Under the pieces are notes generated by a model, which was not told where the DNA came from, did no database searches, and worked only from the letters and a program-made list of their open reading frames with translations. This document shows, one piece after another, positions 36,117 to 37,132 of a stretch of DNA of 37,132 nt (positions within the stretch are counted from its first letter, which is position 1; each line of letters begins with the position of its first letter). This DNA is from a virus (lineage: Duplodnaviria; Caudoviricetes). The stretch spans positions 1 through 37,132 of IMG/VR virus record IMGVR_UViG_3300005805_000217; one strand, written 5' to 3'. Made by a program: the position numbers and the translations under genes.

Positions 36117-36986
36117 TCAGGCCGCTATACTATCCACTTGTTCACCCGATTCTGTCAAATAATCCATTGCAGCTTGCGCCTTTGCACTGGCACTGAGAAT
36201 GAACTTTTTATCATTCCTGAGCGCCTTCAACCATGATTCAAGGTATCCGGCATGACGCAAGTCCCCGTCAATGCCGAGCTTGCAGCAAAGCATTGCGGCG
36301 CCCAATTCTGCGACAAGCTCTTCATAAGCATAATCAGCACTGCCGAACCGGGCCGGTGTGATCCTGTCCAGGCGAGACTTATGCCCTGTGGCGTGCACCG
36401 ATTCATGCAGCAAGGTAGCGTGATACTCAGCGGCACCGTTGAATGCAGCCATTGGTGGCATGACGATTGCATCGGTAGACGGCCGGTAATAGGCACCGTC
36501 CCCGGCATGGGTTAACCCGCCGGCGAGGGAAAGCCTGTTCACGGCATCCATGACAGCCGGTGACTGATCGAAGTCCGGTGCCGGAGTTTCAGGCAGTGCG
36601 GGAATAGTTAAATCTTCGCACTGCTCTACGTTAAACACGTAATAGTGTTTGATGAAAGCATAGGCGCTTGCGACAGTCTCGCCGTTCTCTCCGGTAGTCT
36701 CTTTTTTGTTGACATTCCAGTAAACGACCGGCGTTCCCTTTTGCCCGGCTTTGACGCTACCGCCGAGCGCCTGCGCCTGTTTGAACGTTACATACAAGGG
36801 AAGGGTATACGGCTGCATACCTAGCCAGACGTGATTAATGCCCCGGTAGAGGGTGCCGGATGCCGGGTTATACGGCATACCGGCGCCAGGCGCCTGTTTG
36901 ATTGTGCGCCAAGGCTTAACCCAGGGCGCAGCGCCCTTTTCCAATTCCGCGATCATGCGATCCGTTATTAACTGTGCAATGTCCAT
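36117..36986 (-). CDS. ardC: ArdC-family ssDNA-binding antirestriction protein with zincin-like domain
   Basis: PWVKPW, YRGIN, TFKQA..LGG.VK.G.KG, VFNVEQ, AYY.P..D.I.MP, LLHESVHATGH..RLDR, YAYEELVAELGAA, YL.SWL..L. Confidence 0.92.
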   Translation of the reverse strand: MDIAQLITDRMIAELEKGAAPWVKPWRTIKQAPGAGMPYNPASGTLYRGINHVWLGMQPYTLPLYVTFKQAQALGGSVKAGQKGTPVVYWNVNKKETTGENGETVASAYAFIKHYYVFNVEQCEDLTIPALPETPAPDFDQSPAVMDAVNRLSLAGGLTHAGDGAYYRPSTDAIVMPPMAAFNGAAEYHATLLHESVHATGHKSRLDRITPARFGSADYAYEELVAELGAAMLCCKLGIDGDLRHAGYLESWLKALRNDKKFILSASAKAQAAMDYLTESGEQVDSIAA

Positions 36987-37040
36987 TTGTGTGCCCCTTG
37001 TTAGGATCGGGAAGCCGGGAACCGCCCGGCACGGTAATAA

Positions 37041-37132
37041 TTACAGCTGCGGAACCTTGAACACCGGCACGTAATCGGTTGAAGCCTGGTCGCGTTGACG
37101 GATGGCTAACGCGAGGCGTTCAAACTTGGCAG
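37041..37132 (-). CDS. 3' end of a gene running off the window (...AKFERLALAIRQRDQASTDYVPVFKVPQL)
   Basis: Open frame from the window edge to TAA at 37041-37043, same strand as neighbours. Confidence 0.45.
   Translation of the reverse strand, partial: AKFERLALAIRQRDQASTDYVPVFKVPQL

Noticed and set aside
30620-37006. TCCTAAC/GTTAGGA motifs as integron attC core sites
   Set aside because: They do not fit RYYYAAC...GTTRRRY pairing or order around the hairpins, and no integron integrase is present

Overview
This window is most of a tailed-phage genome with podovirus-type (P22/T7-like short tail) organisation and two convergent arms. The + arm (73-26996) carries an FkbM methyltransferase, terminase large subunit, portal, scaffold, major capsid, head-tail/nozzle proteins, two fibre-like proteins, four probable ejection proteins (one a 1125-aa Pro/Glu-rich protein), basic microproteins and a holin/M15 endolysin module, ending in tandem terminator hairpins. 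The - arm (27055-37132) carries ArdC, a truncated beta-clamp homologue, a C5 DNA methyltransferase with a second subunit apparently encoded in an overlapping frame, a YqaJ/RecT-like pair, an SSB-like protein, a resolvase, a PAPS-reductase-like enzyme and a glycosyltransferase. I saw no integrase, polymerase, primase, helicase, replication initiator, tRNA or CRISPR array. The most notable signals are: (1) the dual-frame two-subunit methyltransferase with repeated specificity-like modules; (2) a promoter-driven leader of interlocked helices at 33123-33302, followed by a repeat- and hairpin-rich, possibly origin-like segment; (3) a recurring hairpin-TCCTAAC-SD leader before early genes; (4) a mini-clamp together with a clamp-binding-like motif on the PAPS-reductase-like protein; (5) PopZ-like helical repeats in the acidic virion protein. 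All product calls come from motif recognition and synteny by eye, not from database searches.
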